A stretch of DNA of 64,000 bases, from positions 53,286,723 through 53,350,722 of the forward strand of contig NC_068996.1 of assembly GCF_001194135.2 (NCBI RefSeq), in the 5' to 3' direction. Both the position numbers and the translations under genes were made by a program. The notes below the pieces were generated by a model that did no database searches, was not told the DNA's origin, and was given only the letters and a program-made list of their open reading frames with translations. Below, piece by piece: positions 40,512-54,120 of this stretch (position 1 is its first letter; each line of letters starts with the position of its first letter). The stretch is from Octopus bimaculoides. Taxonomy: Eukaryota.

Positions 40512-42018
40512 CATGTATATATATATATATATGTGTGTGTGCATGTGCGTGTGTATATATATATATATATATACATATACATGTATGTATATGTATATAT
40601 ATATGTGTGTGTGTGTTCATATGTCTTTGCCTACAACATTTCCGACATTTTTATGACTAAGTCTACCATGCTTGCTGTTGGTTCTTCTTCAACATCATGA
40701 GAATCACCAGTCAATAGCCTTTTGTTATTTCTGCTCCATGCAACGTCTTGAGATCAGTCTTCAACATGCTTTCTCAATCTTCCTCTTCCGCAGGTTCCAT
40801 TCACTAAAAGAGTGCAGCCCTCTTTATGTACCTGTTGTCCTCCATACACATCACATGTCCATAACGCAACCCTTCGTGCACACTACATCTGAGTTTCTCT
40901 CCAAGCTCTTTTGTACTTATTCACACATGCTAACATAATTCATCCTGAAAAACATGTGTGCTTCATTTCTTTCTAGTCTTCCCAATTCCACTGCATTCAT
41001 GGCTCTTGTCACACTACAATGTAGCAACTGCAATTCAAGCACATACCATACAATCAGCCTTTCACACTTAGGAGAAACCCTTCATTGCCAGCAGAGGTAA
41101 TCACTTTTTCTACCCCATTCTTACTCTAAGTTTTGAGAACATCCTTTACATTATCAATCAGGTTAGTTACACAATGGAAGTTTTCAGTTATTTGTAAGCA
41201 GCTCTCCAGACATTTGAAAGAATTCTTTTTTATAAGAGTTCTTACTGCTAACAAGTCTTGGGTATTTACTTTTGATAAAGTGCTTCTCAACTGGCCAACC
41301 TGTGATGCCACTGCAGTTCTTATGCATCTGTATTTCGTTTTTAACATACCATATTACATCCCTGTCTACTCCTTTTCTTCATATGAAGCATGTCCACATC
41401 TCAACTGGTAACAGATTACTGTCTTCTTTCATGGGAACTAAAGCTTGTCACAGTTAAGTTTATCTTAATGTTCCTCGATTCTAGATTTTGCTTTCAGATT
41501 TGTAATTTCTCTATTATTCAACAAAGTCATCAACATTCAGAAGTTGTGACTAAAAAACAGTCTTAAATTCTTCTGCTGTGGTCTGTAAAACTATAAACAA
41601 GAGCGGGTTGAGAAACAAGACCTGGTGGACACTTACCTGCGCTTATTTGCTAAATCTCACCTTGCTAGACAGCACAGCTGTATAAATACACTTATATCTA
41701 GGTTTGTTTGTGTGTGTTTACACATACGCATAAACATATATTTGTAAACACAAACTCATATTTATAAACACAAAGTAAATACGAACTTAGGCATTCGTAA
41801 ATACATTCACAAACACAGAAATACATTCAAAGATACGTATTGACACGCATTCATAATCACAAACTGATACACGTTCATGAACCCAAATTTGACACACATT
41901 CACATAACCACATACATTCATAAATACAAAAAAAAAGCAAACAATTCATAAATTCAGATTCAAACACATTTATAAACACAAATTAACACACATTCATAAA
42001 CAGAAACTTAAATACAAT

Positions 42019-42210
42019 CATAAACACAAACTGGAATGCAGTCATAAACACAAACTGAAAAGCATTCATAAACACAAACTGGAATGCAGTCATAAACACA
42101 AATTGAAAAGCATTCATAAGCTCAAACTGAAATGCATTCATAAACACAATTAGAAATGCATTCATAAACACAAATTCACATACATTCTTAAACACTTTCA
42201 TAAACACAAG
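42019..42210. repeat. 24-bp minisatellite (8 units in exact phase, degenerate flanks to about 41750)
   Basis: CATAAACACAAACTG(GAATGCAGT/AAAAGCATT) units start at 42019, 42043, 42067, 42091, 42115, 42139, 42163 and 42187. Confidence 0.9.
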
Positions 42211-42540
42211 TTCACACATTCATAAACACAAACTCACACTTAGATATATATATAGTAAACATACACTGAAAGAAAAACACACAATGCAAGAAAAACAATG
42301 TTGCAATAATAAACCAATAAAAGTAAGAAATAGTAACGTACGTTAAAAAAAAAATGTACATATACATGTAAGATATTAAAAATACAAAGTTATAATGATA
42401 AATTAGATGCAAAAGAAATAATTTCATGTATCTTATTTCTCAAAAATAGAAAATAATATCAAGCATAAAAATATCAACAAATGATAAACAGGGAAGTGGT
42501 AAAGGCTGCTATAAGAAATAAGATGACAATATATTCTCAC

Positions 42541-42571
42541 ATGGGTAGGTCTGCTTTGTCTCCGGCTCCAT
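42541..42571 (-). CDS. SETD1: SETD1 coding exon 1 (MEPETKQTYP + 1 nt)
   Basis: ATG at 42571, 31 nt, ends at a GTGAG donor. Phase 1 matches the exon 2 acceptor. Lies about 400 bp downstream of the CCAAT boxes. Short, so support is splice phase and position rather than homology. Confidence 0.72.
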
Positions 42572-42989
42572 ATTCAGTTACAATAGATAGAGACTCAATT
42601 GGGTTTTGGCATAAAATTCTTCAAGTCTCTTTATAATAGAAGGGGAGAAAATGGAGAACCATTTTGCCATATATTCCCTATGATAAGACAATTTTGGCCG
42701 GTGAATGAGTCTTGATTCCGTCCATTCTGGGCCGGAAGAAGATTTCTTACAATCCCACAATTCATTTGTATAAAAGATAAAGATTAAAAATCCTAATTAT
42801 GAAATCAAAATATTATATCGGAAGTAACATATTCTCTATCATATTATTATTTCGTTTGCAGTAACTTAGTTGGTTAGTACTTACTCAATTATAAGACTGA
42901 TTCTAAATTTAGATGTTTTTAAAGCCCGTTATTAATCATTATATGCGGCTTTTAAATAGTTTTCTAATAGTTTCAATTTTAGTAACAGC

Positions 42990-43052
42990 ATTCTGATTGG
43001 CTAAGAGAATTGTGTTAGTGAAATAAATTGTAAGCTCGTCTGTGATTGGTCG
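42990..43052 (-). promoter_or_regulatory. Paired NF-Y-type CCAAT boxes of the SETD1 promoter
   Basis: ATTGG at 42996-43000 (minus GCCAATCAG) and 43045-43049 (minus ACCAATCAC). An ETS-like CGGAAGT lies near 42818-42825. Confidence 0.6.
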
Positions 43053-46000
43053 ATTTATTATTATTTAGAATCGTCTACAACACTATTATTTTCAATATTT
43101 TCGCAACTCTCTTTACTCGGAACTTATTGATTTACCAAAGTTTGTATAAAATAATCTCACATTGAATTGTTGTTTAAACAATATATACATTCATACATAC
43201 ACTCACACGCATATATATATATAAATTTATGCAAGAAATTTAAGTATAACTTTTCTGCCAAAATACATGGTTTTATTACTGCAATGTTCACTTCTAATGT
43301 TATAAATTTTTTTTTTAATTAATTTTCTATTTAGATAAAAAAATTCAAACTGATGTTTTCAACAGCCATGTGTAAATTACCATTAAGATTATGATTTTAC
43401 TTTCAGTATCAGTTTTACTTTTCTATCATTAAATCTCTACATCTGGTAGAATTTCTCTAAATGTACCAGTTTCATGTTTGTGTAGAAATTTATCTCAATG
43501 TATTTGTTTTACAAATTTACAGGAACAACGCATAATTTTTCAAATAAAACATGGAATTATAAAAGAAAATTCAATCAGTCATTGTAATAGACTATCTTTT
43601 AAAACCTGTTCGTTATTAGGTTATTGACTAAAACTGAATATTTTTTTATGATTTATCTTCACGATTTTGTGACGTGTCTGCTAGTCGCAGTGGAGGGGCG
43701 GCAACAACGTATGATATCCTTTACAAACTATTTTGTTGTTATTCATATTTCGACGTTCTATAGGAATTATTCAATATTTTAGCATTCTAAAGTTTTCTTT
43801 GCGTATAAATAATCTGTTTAAAAGATACTCCTCCACAAATATGATCCCTTAAAGGAATGAGGGGGAAGTAATTGCGATGAAACTTTTTTTTTCTTGTCTC
43901 AAAAGTCGGAGGAAATTTAGAAATTTCACTCAGGGTTTATATTAATGAAGACAATTAAATTGTTTGCTTAAAAAGATTTGCAGAAAAAAAAATTGTAGAC
44001 AATTTATAATTTAATGTTATTTATTCAGTTCAAATGAGAAACGCCGTTACATAATTTGATCCAAGCACCTTTTATTTTTTTTAATTTTCACACCACGTAA
44101 AATATTCCATATGAGTTGGTTTACTCTAAATAATTTCATCCCTATGGATTGGTAAATTTTGCGCCTTACATTTTTTTCCTTTTTCTTATGACTCATTGAT
44201 TATCTCCCCTTCAATCCTATTGAATGAGTCTCAAAAGACTTGTCGAAAGGAATTGCTTCTATGACAAAAATATACATTTCATTCAGATATGTACCTAAAG
44301 TACATTTAAAATTTTTGTCATTCCTTTACATCAATATGTACATTAGCTTTTCACTACATTTTAATTTAAATTCTGCTATTTCTTTTTTTTTTATATCAAC
44401 AAGTCATCAACCAGACCATAATAAAAAATAATACGAACTACACTAAGTGTCTTCAGAATTATGTCCCTTGGCAGTTGTCTCCTCTTGAGTCTTTCTTTTA
44501 GTTGGTGATTAGTTTGAAATTCTTTCGAAATTTGATAGTTTGTAAATAATGCTTATAAATGATAATTTATCAGTTACATTCATGAACATACTAAGACAGA
44601 GCCATGTAATTCAGAAGTTCGCAGTCGGTAATTTTTAAAGATTAGATTCATTTACTCTGGGCATAGATATAGCGGTTTAGAAGTTTGTTTCAACATCCAC
44701 GAAATCCTACAGTGCTGCTCTTTGGTCAAGTGGTGTCTTTTGCTGAAACTTTGAACTGACTAATATTTTGTGTGTGAAATTGCATAGAGAAAAACTATGC
44801 AGAAGCTGAGCCGTTGTATCTATGTTTTGTAACATCTACTTGCATTGTTTTCAATTCAGGAAGTAAGTTGCCTATGTTGACAATCTTTGAGTAAAGCGTG
44901 CGACTTTCACTTTCTCGAAGTTGATGATAAACGGAAGATTTTTTTTAACGCTGTGCTGCGGTCATCGGGGATATTTTTGGAGAGCAATTCAGGATCTTTT
45001 GTATTTTCTACTGTTATAAGGTGGGATGTGTGATTATAGGGAGATTCGAAGAACTGCATAGAGGTTCACTGTAAGGTAAAATAATAGAAATTATTCGATT
45101 ATTTTTTTATGAGTTCGTATACAAGAATAACCAAAACCAATATATATTTGTTTTCTTTCTATAGATGTAAAATAGACAAATTCTTCGCAAGAAACTTTTT
45201 CAAAAGCTCTAGCTTCCTTTCATTTACACAAATTGATGATGATTATGGTGATCACAAATAGCAATTATAATTTTCAAATACTCGACTACCACCAAGCTCT
45301 TTTGTCCATTTCCACTCTAAAATTTTTTTAAATAACTATTGAACATTTTCTTCGGATGTACCATTCAATCACTTCGATTTTTTTCTCTGTTGCACAAAAC
45401 CATAAGAATTCAATACTGTGTGCCTTTAATGAGGTTTATTAATTCTTACTTTGGTTTATAATAGGATGGTCAACTGCGTGCGGTAGAGCATATAATTGAT
45501 CCACTAGCAATTCTATTTTTTATATTGAACAGTGTCTATCGTAAAGAAAATAATTTTCCATTGCCCTCTTGTATAATTTCTACCATAAGATATTCGTCTC
45601 TATCTGGTTCGAGTCTCCTGATTATCGGATTACCCGACGTAATGACAGCATAATCTTTCATGAACATAAATTAATCTGTAATTTTTCCCGTTTTGTCCAA
45701 AAATAAATCAGTGATTAAAAATATATATCACATCAATCAGTTTTAATAAATGGCGTTTATTGTTAAAAAAATATATCTCTTTTTCTTCCTGAAATCGTTT
45801 GGCAGCATAAACGACATTGCCAACAATATTTATCCGCACCTTGGATAATTTTTCATTTGCAATTAACCTAGGAAACTAGCAACCCATTTTAAAGCAAACC
45901 ACATCAATGTGTGCAAAATATTGGGTGTCTGCTTCTTCCAATTTGTTGTACGGTGTATAAATGTTCTCAGTACTTGTGCAAGACTGTCCTGCTACTGGTT

Positions 46001-46949
46001 GTTGGACTTTTCCAGTTGTAGAGAAAAAGGTATATTTCTTGTTATTGTAGTAATGTGCAGACAACAATAACTAGTGGTCGGCAAAGATAACTGAGCACTG
46101 GGGAATCCCCCAACTCCGTAAAAGTGACCAGTGATAAAATTACTGCTGGGGAAGTCCAAGGTCAAGAGAAAGGAAAAAAAGCTTTTGCAAAAGTGGAAAT
46201 GAATGGTTTGTATTGTAATATTGCCCAACTTTATAATTCATCTTATTTATGTTCCCTCAATTATAACAATCATTATAAACCCTGACACTTTCACTGCTTC
46301 TCATCTAAACAACAATAAATTCTTAATTCTGATGGGTAGACTTAATCTGTTGCTGGGTTTAATTCAACCATCTGATTCTTTAACGGAGTTCACTTTGTTG
46401 CAATTTTTCGGGCCAGGTTTCTGTTTTTGAGAATAACATCCTCTTAACTAGACTTGGAAGCATTGACAAGCTAAAAGTTCATTAACATTCATCTTCTCTC
46501 TCTTACCAAATGCTGAAAATATAACATCTTGATGCAACCACACCATCCCATCTTAACAAAACATACCTTGGCAATCAATCAGTTCACAGGACAGTTTAAA
46601 ACAAAATTGTACAACTTGAAAGTTGTAATGCGATACACGCTATAGCATGATATCGCTCTGGGATTGATATGATTGGCTAAAATCCTTACGGTTAGTATCA
46701 CATCATGGATTCAGTCTAATGACAGTTATAATTCAGTCTTGAATATTTTGGATTTTAACTATCGTTCATTAAATACATTGTATCATACTGTGTCTTCAAC
46801 CACTGACATTTTATTTCCCAATCATTTATTAATTGTCCACATATTGTAACTGAGATTCATTTCTTGTAACAAACGCCTGAGAATAGTTCATTCGGTGACA
46901 GGGTTCTGGGGGGGAAAAGAATGCAAGTCCTACAAGTTATGATGATACT

Positions 46950-47600
46950 TGGGACTCTAAAAATCTGCAAAACCTTAAGATTTAAAGGACGATGAACAGA
47001 CCAAGATGATTTCCTTCACAACCTTGCTACTGAGTCGGTGGCTGGTTGGAATTTACTTTAAATTAAAAAGAGAACATACACATTGACTGCAAGTTGTGGT
47101 AGGCCCCTCAATCCCACAGGTCTTCACAGTCTGTCTTGCCGCCTAAATGCTGGTCATTTTGCTCATCACACTGAGCTAAACCTAATCATTAAACGGGCCT
47201 TGGCTCGGATTAATATCCCCCTCAGTTCTAGAACTGGCAGGATTTTCCAGAAGTGATGGAAAGGGACCAGATGGTCTTACCCTCTGTCCCTGGGTCAGAG
47301 GTAAGTGACTCATCTGGATATCCTGGATGCTGTGGTAAAAGGGAGGGTCACTGCTTCCATAGCCAAACAGACCTAAACCCTGAAGTATTGGGACCTGACT
47401 GTAAACTATCTCTTCCAACCTGTGGCGTTTGAGACATTTGGATGGACAGGGTCACTAACCAGGAAGTTCTTGTCATCGTTGGCAGCTCGCCTCACCAAAG
47501 TGCCAGGTGATGCTTATGAGGCCACTTGGCTTTTCCAATGCCTTAGCTTCGCCATCGCCCATGGTTAATGCTGCGAGCATGCTGGTGTTATTCAGTAGGT
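46950..47600 (+). mobile_element. CRE-clade non-LTR retrotransposon 3' fragment
   Basis: Plus translation GLHSLSCRLNAGHFAHHTELNLIIKRALARINIPSVLE..RSDGKGPDGLTLCPW..PVAFETFG..FQCLSFAIAHG-NAASML, with stops and frameshifts. Confidence 0.78.
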
Positions 47601-48552
47601 TCCATTGAACCTTGTCATGTGTGACCAACTGATGTACTTGGTGTTGGTTTGATGTTTTTTTCTCTCCTTATTTTTTTGCTTTCCTTTTTCTTTTGTAAAA
47701 ACTTATAGAAGAATCATGACTGTTGTTTAGGATTTGTATTTTAATGTAGTTTTGTATTATTCATAGGTCATATACATACATGTTAAATATGTAATAAAAA
47801 TATTGATGGTAATCACAGACATTGGTGGAAGCTCAATATGTAGGAAGTAGAGCTATTTTTACTGAATGTTTTGTAAGGCTTTCTGTAAAACTTTTGGATT
47901 AGTATATTTCATTCATTGATGTTTTTATTATTTAATATTGTTCGATTGAGTACTTAAATTTCTTTAATCATGTTTTTTTGGGGGGTGGGGGTATTTCTTG
48001 TTGATAAATAATACTAATGATGTATTTGGTAGAAAATATTTAACGATAGAATGAAGGTTTATCTCATATGGGGAAATCACTGGTGCAGTGACATTGACAT
48101 CAATGTAAATATTGAATGCATGCATATATATATGTGTGTGTGTACAATGGGTTCCTTCTTTCAGTTTCTGTCTACCAAATCCTCTCACAAGTCTTTGGTC
48201 AGCCAGGAGCTATAGTAGATGACGCTTACCCATGGTGTCATGCAGTGGGACTGAACCCAAGACTACATTATTAGAAAACAAGCTTCTCAAACACATACTT
48301 ACAACTATTCCTGTACCTTAATGTGTGTGTAAGTGCATGGCTTAGTGTTTAGGCCGTTGCTGTTCACCTAAGACTGTGGTTTCATTTCCTGGACCAGGTG
48401 ATGTGTTGTATTCTTAAACAAGACACTCCAGTCCACTCAGCTGGCAAAAGTGAATATTCCTGTGACGGATCGCCCTCCTGTCCAAGGGGGTGGGGGAATA
48501 TATATGCACAGAAATCGACCTTACAAGCCAATAGCTTGGGAAGGCCCTTTAC

Positions 48553-48583
<31 letters not shown>

Positions 48584-49521
48584 AACGTGTAATGGTGTCT
48601 ATTAGAAATTCTTTGGACAGAAAATCAAATCATACAAAATTTACATTTGTGATTATTTCTATTAGCAAATGAAACATTTGTAATGGTTAATAAATAATCG
48701 TAAAAATTTTCCAACTTCATGTTTTGCTTTATATACACACATGTTGAGCTTCTTTCAATTTCTGTCTACAAAATCTACGCACAAGGTTTTGGTCAGCCCA
48801 AGGTTCCTCACAGTAGGACTGAACCCAGAACTTGAACCATGTGGTTGAAAAGCAAGCTTCTTACCACACATCCATGCTTGCACCTATATAAAGAAGTGTT
48901 TTTCTTTCTTTTTTTCTAAATTATTCTTCTTGCCTAATTACTGGCATTGAAACAGTGGTACTTTCATCCATGATATGAAATTTATCGAACATTTGAACTT
49001 TTATCATTTCCTATCACTGTAAAAGCTTTTACATTACTTTCATGTGCAACGAAGCAAAATGTATTTTATTTTCAAGTTAATACGTTTTTCTTTTCATAAT
49101 TACACAGTTGTATAATAAACACCTTAGTTTAGAATTTTACACATATATATATTCTTTTCTTCTCAAGGCACAAGGCCCAAAATTTTGGGGGAGGGGGCCA
49201 GTTGAATAGATTGACTCCAGTACACAACTGGTACTTAATTTATCGACCCCCAAAAGGATAAAAGGCAAAGTTGACCTTGGCAAAATTTGAACTCAGAAAG
49301 TAAAGACAGATGAAATACTGCTAGGCATTTTGCCTGGTGTGCTAACGATTCTGCCAGCCTGCCACCTTAATACTGCTAAGCATTTCACCTGGCTTCCTAA
49401 CGATTCTGCCAGCTAATCGCCTTTTATATATACATATATTATATGGAGTAACTTTACATTAAAGAGTAGAACATAGAATTTCTTGTAATTCAGACTCTCA
49501 TGATCCCAGTAGACTTAAATT

Positions 49522-50087
49522 TTAACCCTTTACCATTTAGACTGGCCATATCCAGCCCAAATATTCTATCTGCTTTATGTCCAAACTGGCCAAATCTCAC
49601 CTCACACTTACCCTACAATGTTATTCTAAAAATATACACGATCGGTGTCAGGACCACCCGACTGGTCCCCATGTAAAAAGCACCATCTGAACCTGGTCAA
49701 TGCCAGTACCCCCTGTCTGGCTCCCGTACCAATGGCACGTAAAGAGCACTATCTGAACGTGATCGGTGCCATGCCTGCCTGACTGGCTCCCGTGCCGGTG
49801 GTACGTAAAAAGCATCAACTACACTCTTGGCTTTAGGAAGGACATCCAGCTGTAGAGACTTTTCCAGATCAGATTGGAGCCTGGTGCAGCCTCCTGGCTT
49901 GCCAGTTCCCAGTCAACCCTTTCAACCCATGCCAGCATGGAAAATGGATATTAAGCAATGATGATGATGGTAAAAATCACATCATCATAATTTTGAAGCA
50001 TTTTTAGATAATGCATGATTAAATTCAAAACAATGTGAATAATTAAGCATTGCATTTGACAGAGTAATCTGAATGCTACAGGGTTAA
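49522..50087 (+). mobile_element. Family E MITE split by a nested family B insertion (about 49639-49972)
   Basis: MITE left half ends at aaaaatatacac and resumes at aaaaatcacatc after the (GAT)n tail of the insert. Confidence 0.75.
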
Positions 50088-50901
50088 TCATATATTTTAA
50101 TCTTAGATTTTATGCCATGAGCCCTATTGAGCATTTTAATTTCTTGAGCATGATTTATTGCCATGGAGTTTTCTCCTGTGCTTCCCAGGATCTTTTAAAC
50201 TTTTATCTTGTCTTTTTCATAATTTTCATTTTTATTTACCATTGAAGAACAAAAAAGCCAGTAAGGTATTTTAATACATTTAAAAAAATTAAAATATGTA
50301 CAATTTTCAAGACCCAGGTGCATTTTCAACTGCAAGCCAATTTTCCTCCTCCTCCTCCTGATTTTCACCATTATCACTATCATCATCATCATCATCAATT
50401 CAACATCCATTTTTCCATACTTACATGGGTCAGACAAAATTTTGTTAAGGTGGATTTTCTATGGCTGGATGCCCTTCCTGTCACCAATCCTAACCTGTTT
50501 TAAGTCAGGTAATATTTCCCTATGACCAGACCTGTTTTAAAAAAGTTTGAAAATGAAAAACATGGCTTTTATGAATGACAGTGCTATTCATTTACAACTA
50601 CCATTTGGCATTGTAAATAAGTACCAGAATGATTACATATCAAAACAGCAGATTGCAAAAAAAAATTTGATTTTATTCATCATTACATGTGCTTCATTTG
50701 CTAAAAGGAGTTACAAAACAGTACATGTTGGATATCTCCTATTGGAAATTCTTCAGACAGAAAATCAAATTAATACAAAATTTACATTTGGATGAAGCCT
50801 TTATTTATAGTCAGTTATCAGGTGTCACATAGATAATTGGAAGGGGAGAGACAGTAAAAGATTGAGCTAGTAAATGTACATATATACTACATACACAATC
50901 A

Positions 50902-50944
<43 letters not shown>

Positions 50945-50945
<1 letters not shown>

Positions 50946-51308
50946 GGCATGGCTGTGTGGTAAGAAGCTAGCTTCCAGCCACATATTTCCAGGTTCAGTC
51001 CCACTGGGGAAAGTGTCTTCTACTATAGCCTCAAGCCAACCAAAGTCTTGTGAGTTGATTTGGTAGACAGAAACTGAAAGAAACCTGTCATATATATATA
51101 TACCTATGTCTGTGTTTAACCCCCCTGTCATCTCTTGACAACCAATGTTGGTGTTTTATGTCCCCGTAACTTAGTGGTTCAGCAAAAGAGACCAATAGAA
51201 TAAATACTAGGCTTTAAAACAATAAGTCCTTGGGGTCAGTTTGTTCGACTAAAACCCTTTAAGGTGATGCTCCAGCATGGCTACAGTCAAATGACTGAAG
51301 CAAGTAAA
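50945..51308 (+). mobile_element. tRNA-derived SINE (family A), full length
   Basis: A-box TGGCTGTGTGG 50950-50960, B-box GGTTCAGTCCC 50992-51002. Confidence 0.85.
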
Positions 51309-53619
51309 AGAATATATATATATATGTATAGACAGATACATACATATATAATATACGAACACTCTGCTGGATATCCAATGTCAGAGTACAAGTGTGACAA
51401 TGCTTGTGTTTTGTAGAGAAGTTGGGCAAAAGAAGAATTAGTTGCAGTGTTCAAGAGAGAACACTGTACTGGTTTGGTCATGTGATGCATATGGACGTAG
51501 ACAGTTGCAAAGAGAAGTGCTGATCACTTAAAGTGGATGGAACTTGTGAAAGAGGGAAACCCAGGAAGACATGAGACAAAGTACTGAAATCTGATCTCAA
51601 AACACCAGGCCTTACAAAGGAGATGATTAAGGGCCAAGATATCTGGCACACTGCTGTACTTGAGAAGATCTGCCTGCTAGAGTAGAATTGGTGCTGGTGC
51701 CATGATATAATGTTTGAGATCTGTATGATCTTTGTCGTAAGATATATCACACTCATGTTCTCTGGGACAGGAGTTCAATATATTGGAACTGTAGAAGTAA
51801 AATTTAAATCTAGGTATAACAACCATTTTCAAAATTTATCTAATCTGGAAGCTTAAAGATGAAGGGACCAGTTTTGACATCAAATCTAGACCCTATTTTA
51901 ATGGGTCTAAAAAATATTCAAGGTGTTCTCTTGAAAAACTGTATCTATTAAAAACTTTGAGAACCTCCAATGAATACATAAATTTGAGGAATGAGATTTT
52001 TTGTGTATGTTCACATTTCAAGAAATATATCTGTCAGAATTTAAAAGTAGATCACTGGACACTTCGTAAATCATTAACATCTGGTTTGCATCTACTTAAC
52101 ATTGAATTATTGTAACATTGGTTATCTCCCTTGTGTTTTTCTTCCTGTCTTCTTTATAAGTGTCTCTTGTTTAAACGTTATCTGCTAAAAAAAACAACGG
52201 ACAAATGGTCTTGTTTTCAGCTTGATAAATGACAGAATAAATTATTATTTCAACCAGGAAATCCTGGGTAGCTGTATTTACAAGATTTGTGTTTTTTTTA
52301 TTTTTTTTAAGATTATCTTTACTCTCTTAGCTGACTGAGTGCTTTTCTACTTCTTGAAGCTTTACCACATAACATATATATATATATGTGTGTGTATGTG
52401 TATATATATGTATGTATTTGATAATAAAACATGGTATATACCTGGTAGCTTACTGATAAAGTACATTCACTTTCACAGTGTTCATGGTTTCTCTGGTTAA
52501 TGAGATGCTAGATGGGTCAAAACAATTGTAGTGATTAATAAAAATTATCAGATCTTCCATCTTCTGTCTCTCTTATTAACCAAATGTATGTGTGTGTGTG
52601 TATATATATATGTATATATACATACATACATACATACATACACGTGTGTGTGTATGTTTATGTTCACATGAATTGGAATATATATGTATGTGTGTCTATA
52701 TGTATATATATATGTATATGTGACATATGTATATTGGTGCTGGTGCCACATACAAAGCACCCAGTACACTCTGTAAAGCGGTTGGCATCAGGAAGAGCAT
52801 CCAGCAGTAGGCAATGGAGCCTGGTATGTTTTACTGAACTTGACAGCTCCTGTCAAACCATTCAACCCATGCCAGCATGAAAAACGGATGTTAAATGATG
52901 ACATGGATATATACATATCTTTTATCTCTTACTTGTTTCAGTTATTTGACTGTGGTCATGCTGGGGCAGTGCTTTGAAGATTTTAGTTGAACAAATCATT
53001 AACCCCAGGGCTTTTCTTTTAAGTTCTGAAAAGAGCCTGTTGGTCTCTTTTGCCAAACTGCTAAATCTACAAAGGAGAAACTCTCCGAGCATATGTTGAT
53101 CATAACAACACCTCATACTCTGTCTTACTTCAAGGCTCGTCCTAAGACCAGCTTGTGAAAAACAATAATTATAGTGAAGGTGAAAAAAGAAGGCAATGTT
53201 TGATTTTTCACCATTGCCAACCGTTTTTCTTGTACTTCATCTCATCATAACATTTTCTACATTTCAAATGAAACGGATTGCAAAGTAATTGCTCTTCTGC
53301 AATTTGTTCTCTTACATACCATTTCCATTTTCCATTTTCCTTTTGAAATAGTGAAAGACACAATGGTTAAAATATATTCCACATTTGTATTGTGAGTGTT
53401 TATCTTTGCAGAGCTCAGTATAAAGCTGTTACTTTGTGTTTATCATTCTCTCTTCCAAGATGTCCAGTCTGCCATTGGCAATGTAAATGAATTTCTACAC
53501 GAATTGATGCTTTTTTTCAGCATATCAGTATTGGCAATATATGCAAGCCAGTGTATGTTCAAAATAGCCCAAAGTCAATGCTAGTGAGCTTCAGATGTTT
53601 TCTAATAAGCATTATGAAT

Positions 53620-54120
53620 ATACAAACAGAGATTTCAATTGACTTTTTATTCTTTTCTGGTATCAAACACAATCTTCTTAACCCTTAACTGCATCAGTTA
53701 CTTTTTTCATATTTAGACATATTTCTTTGCCTGATGGGCAGTGATATTTCAATGTAATTCCTGGATACATGGACTTGTCAATAACTTCCAATTGGTAGCT
53801 GTATATAAGTCTCTGGCTGCTCAATATTGTTTGGCTGGACCTGGCAACATGTGACAGCAGTTTTTCCAAAGTTTGAGGACCAAAAGCTTTGCATGTAGCA
53901 TTGAGTTTATTCACGAGCTGTCACACATTCTCTACAATGTACATGACAAGACCACAATCATCAGCCTTATATCACATCCTGCACCAAGCTGATGAAAGTC
54001 TTGGGTTTAACAGAAAAAATCTTTATGTCACTCAACTTTTATCAGTTCTGTAAAAATTCCACCAACATTTACATTGCTATGCATATCATTGAATAACCAT
54101 ACAAGCCTAGAAGTGATTTG
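53620..54120 (-). mobile_element. Decayed LINE RT C-terminal remnant
   Basis: ORF 53678-53914: LEVIDKSMYPGITL resembles the LE.V...KYLG motif. Confidence 0.4.

Larger units (their letters stand above)
976..42571 (-). other. SETD1: SETD1A/B-like histone H3K4 methyltransferase gene span (5' 11 coding exons; 3' end with SET domain outside window)
   Basis: Eleven GT-AG exons join with consistent phases (1,0,0,0,1,0,0,1,1,2,2) into one open frame. It contains hallmarks of the SET1 family: NYRLLKDP..KLYRFDG, DPR..LEVPKFK, RRM (EVTFTNLNDN..HPKTKKHMGIGKV), KDLCKKMVENSAFKSFEKWWD, RMPSFK. Confidence 0.93.

Noticed and set aside
50945-51010. tRNA-like A and B boxes
   Set aside because: SINE heads; no cloverleaf, so no tRNA gene is called.
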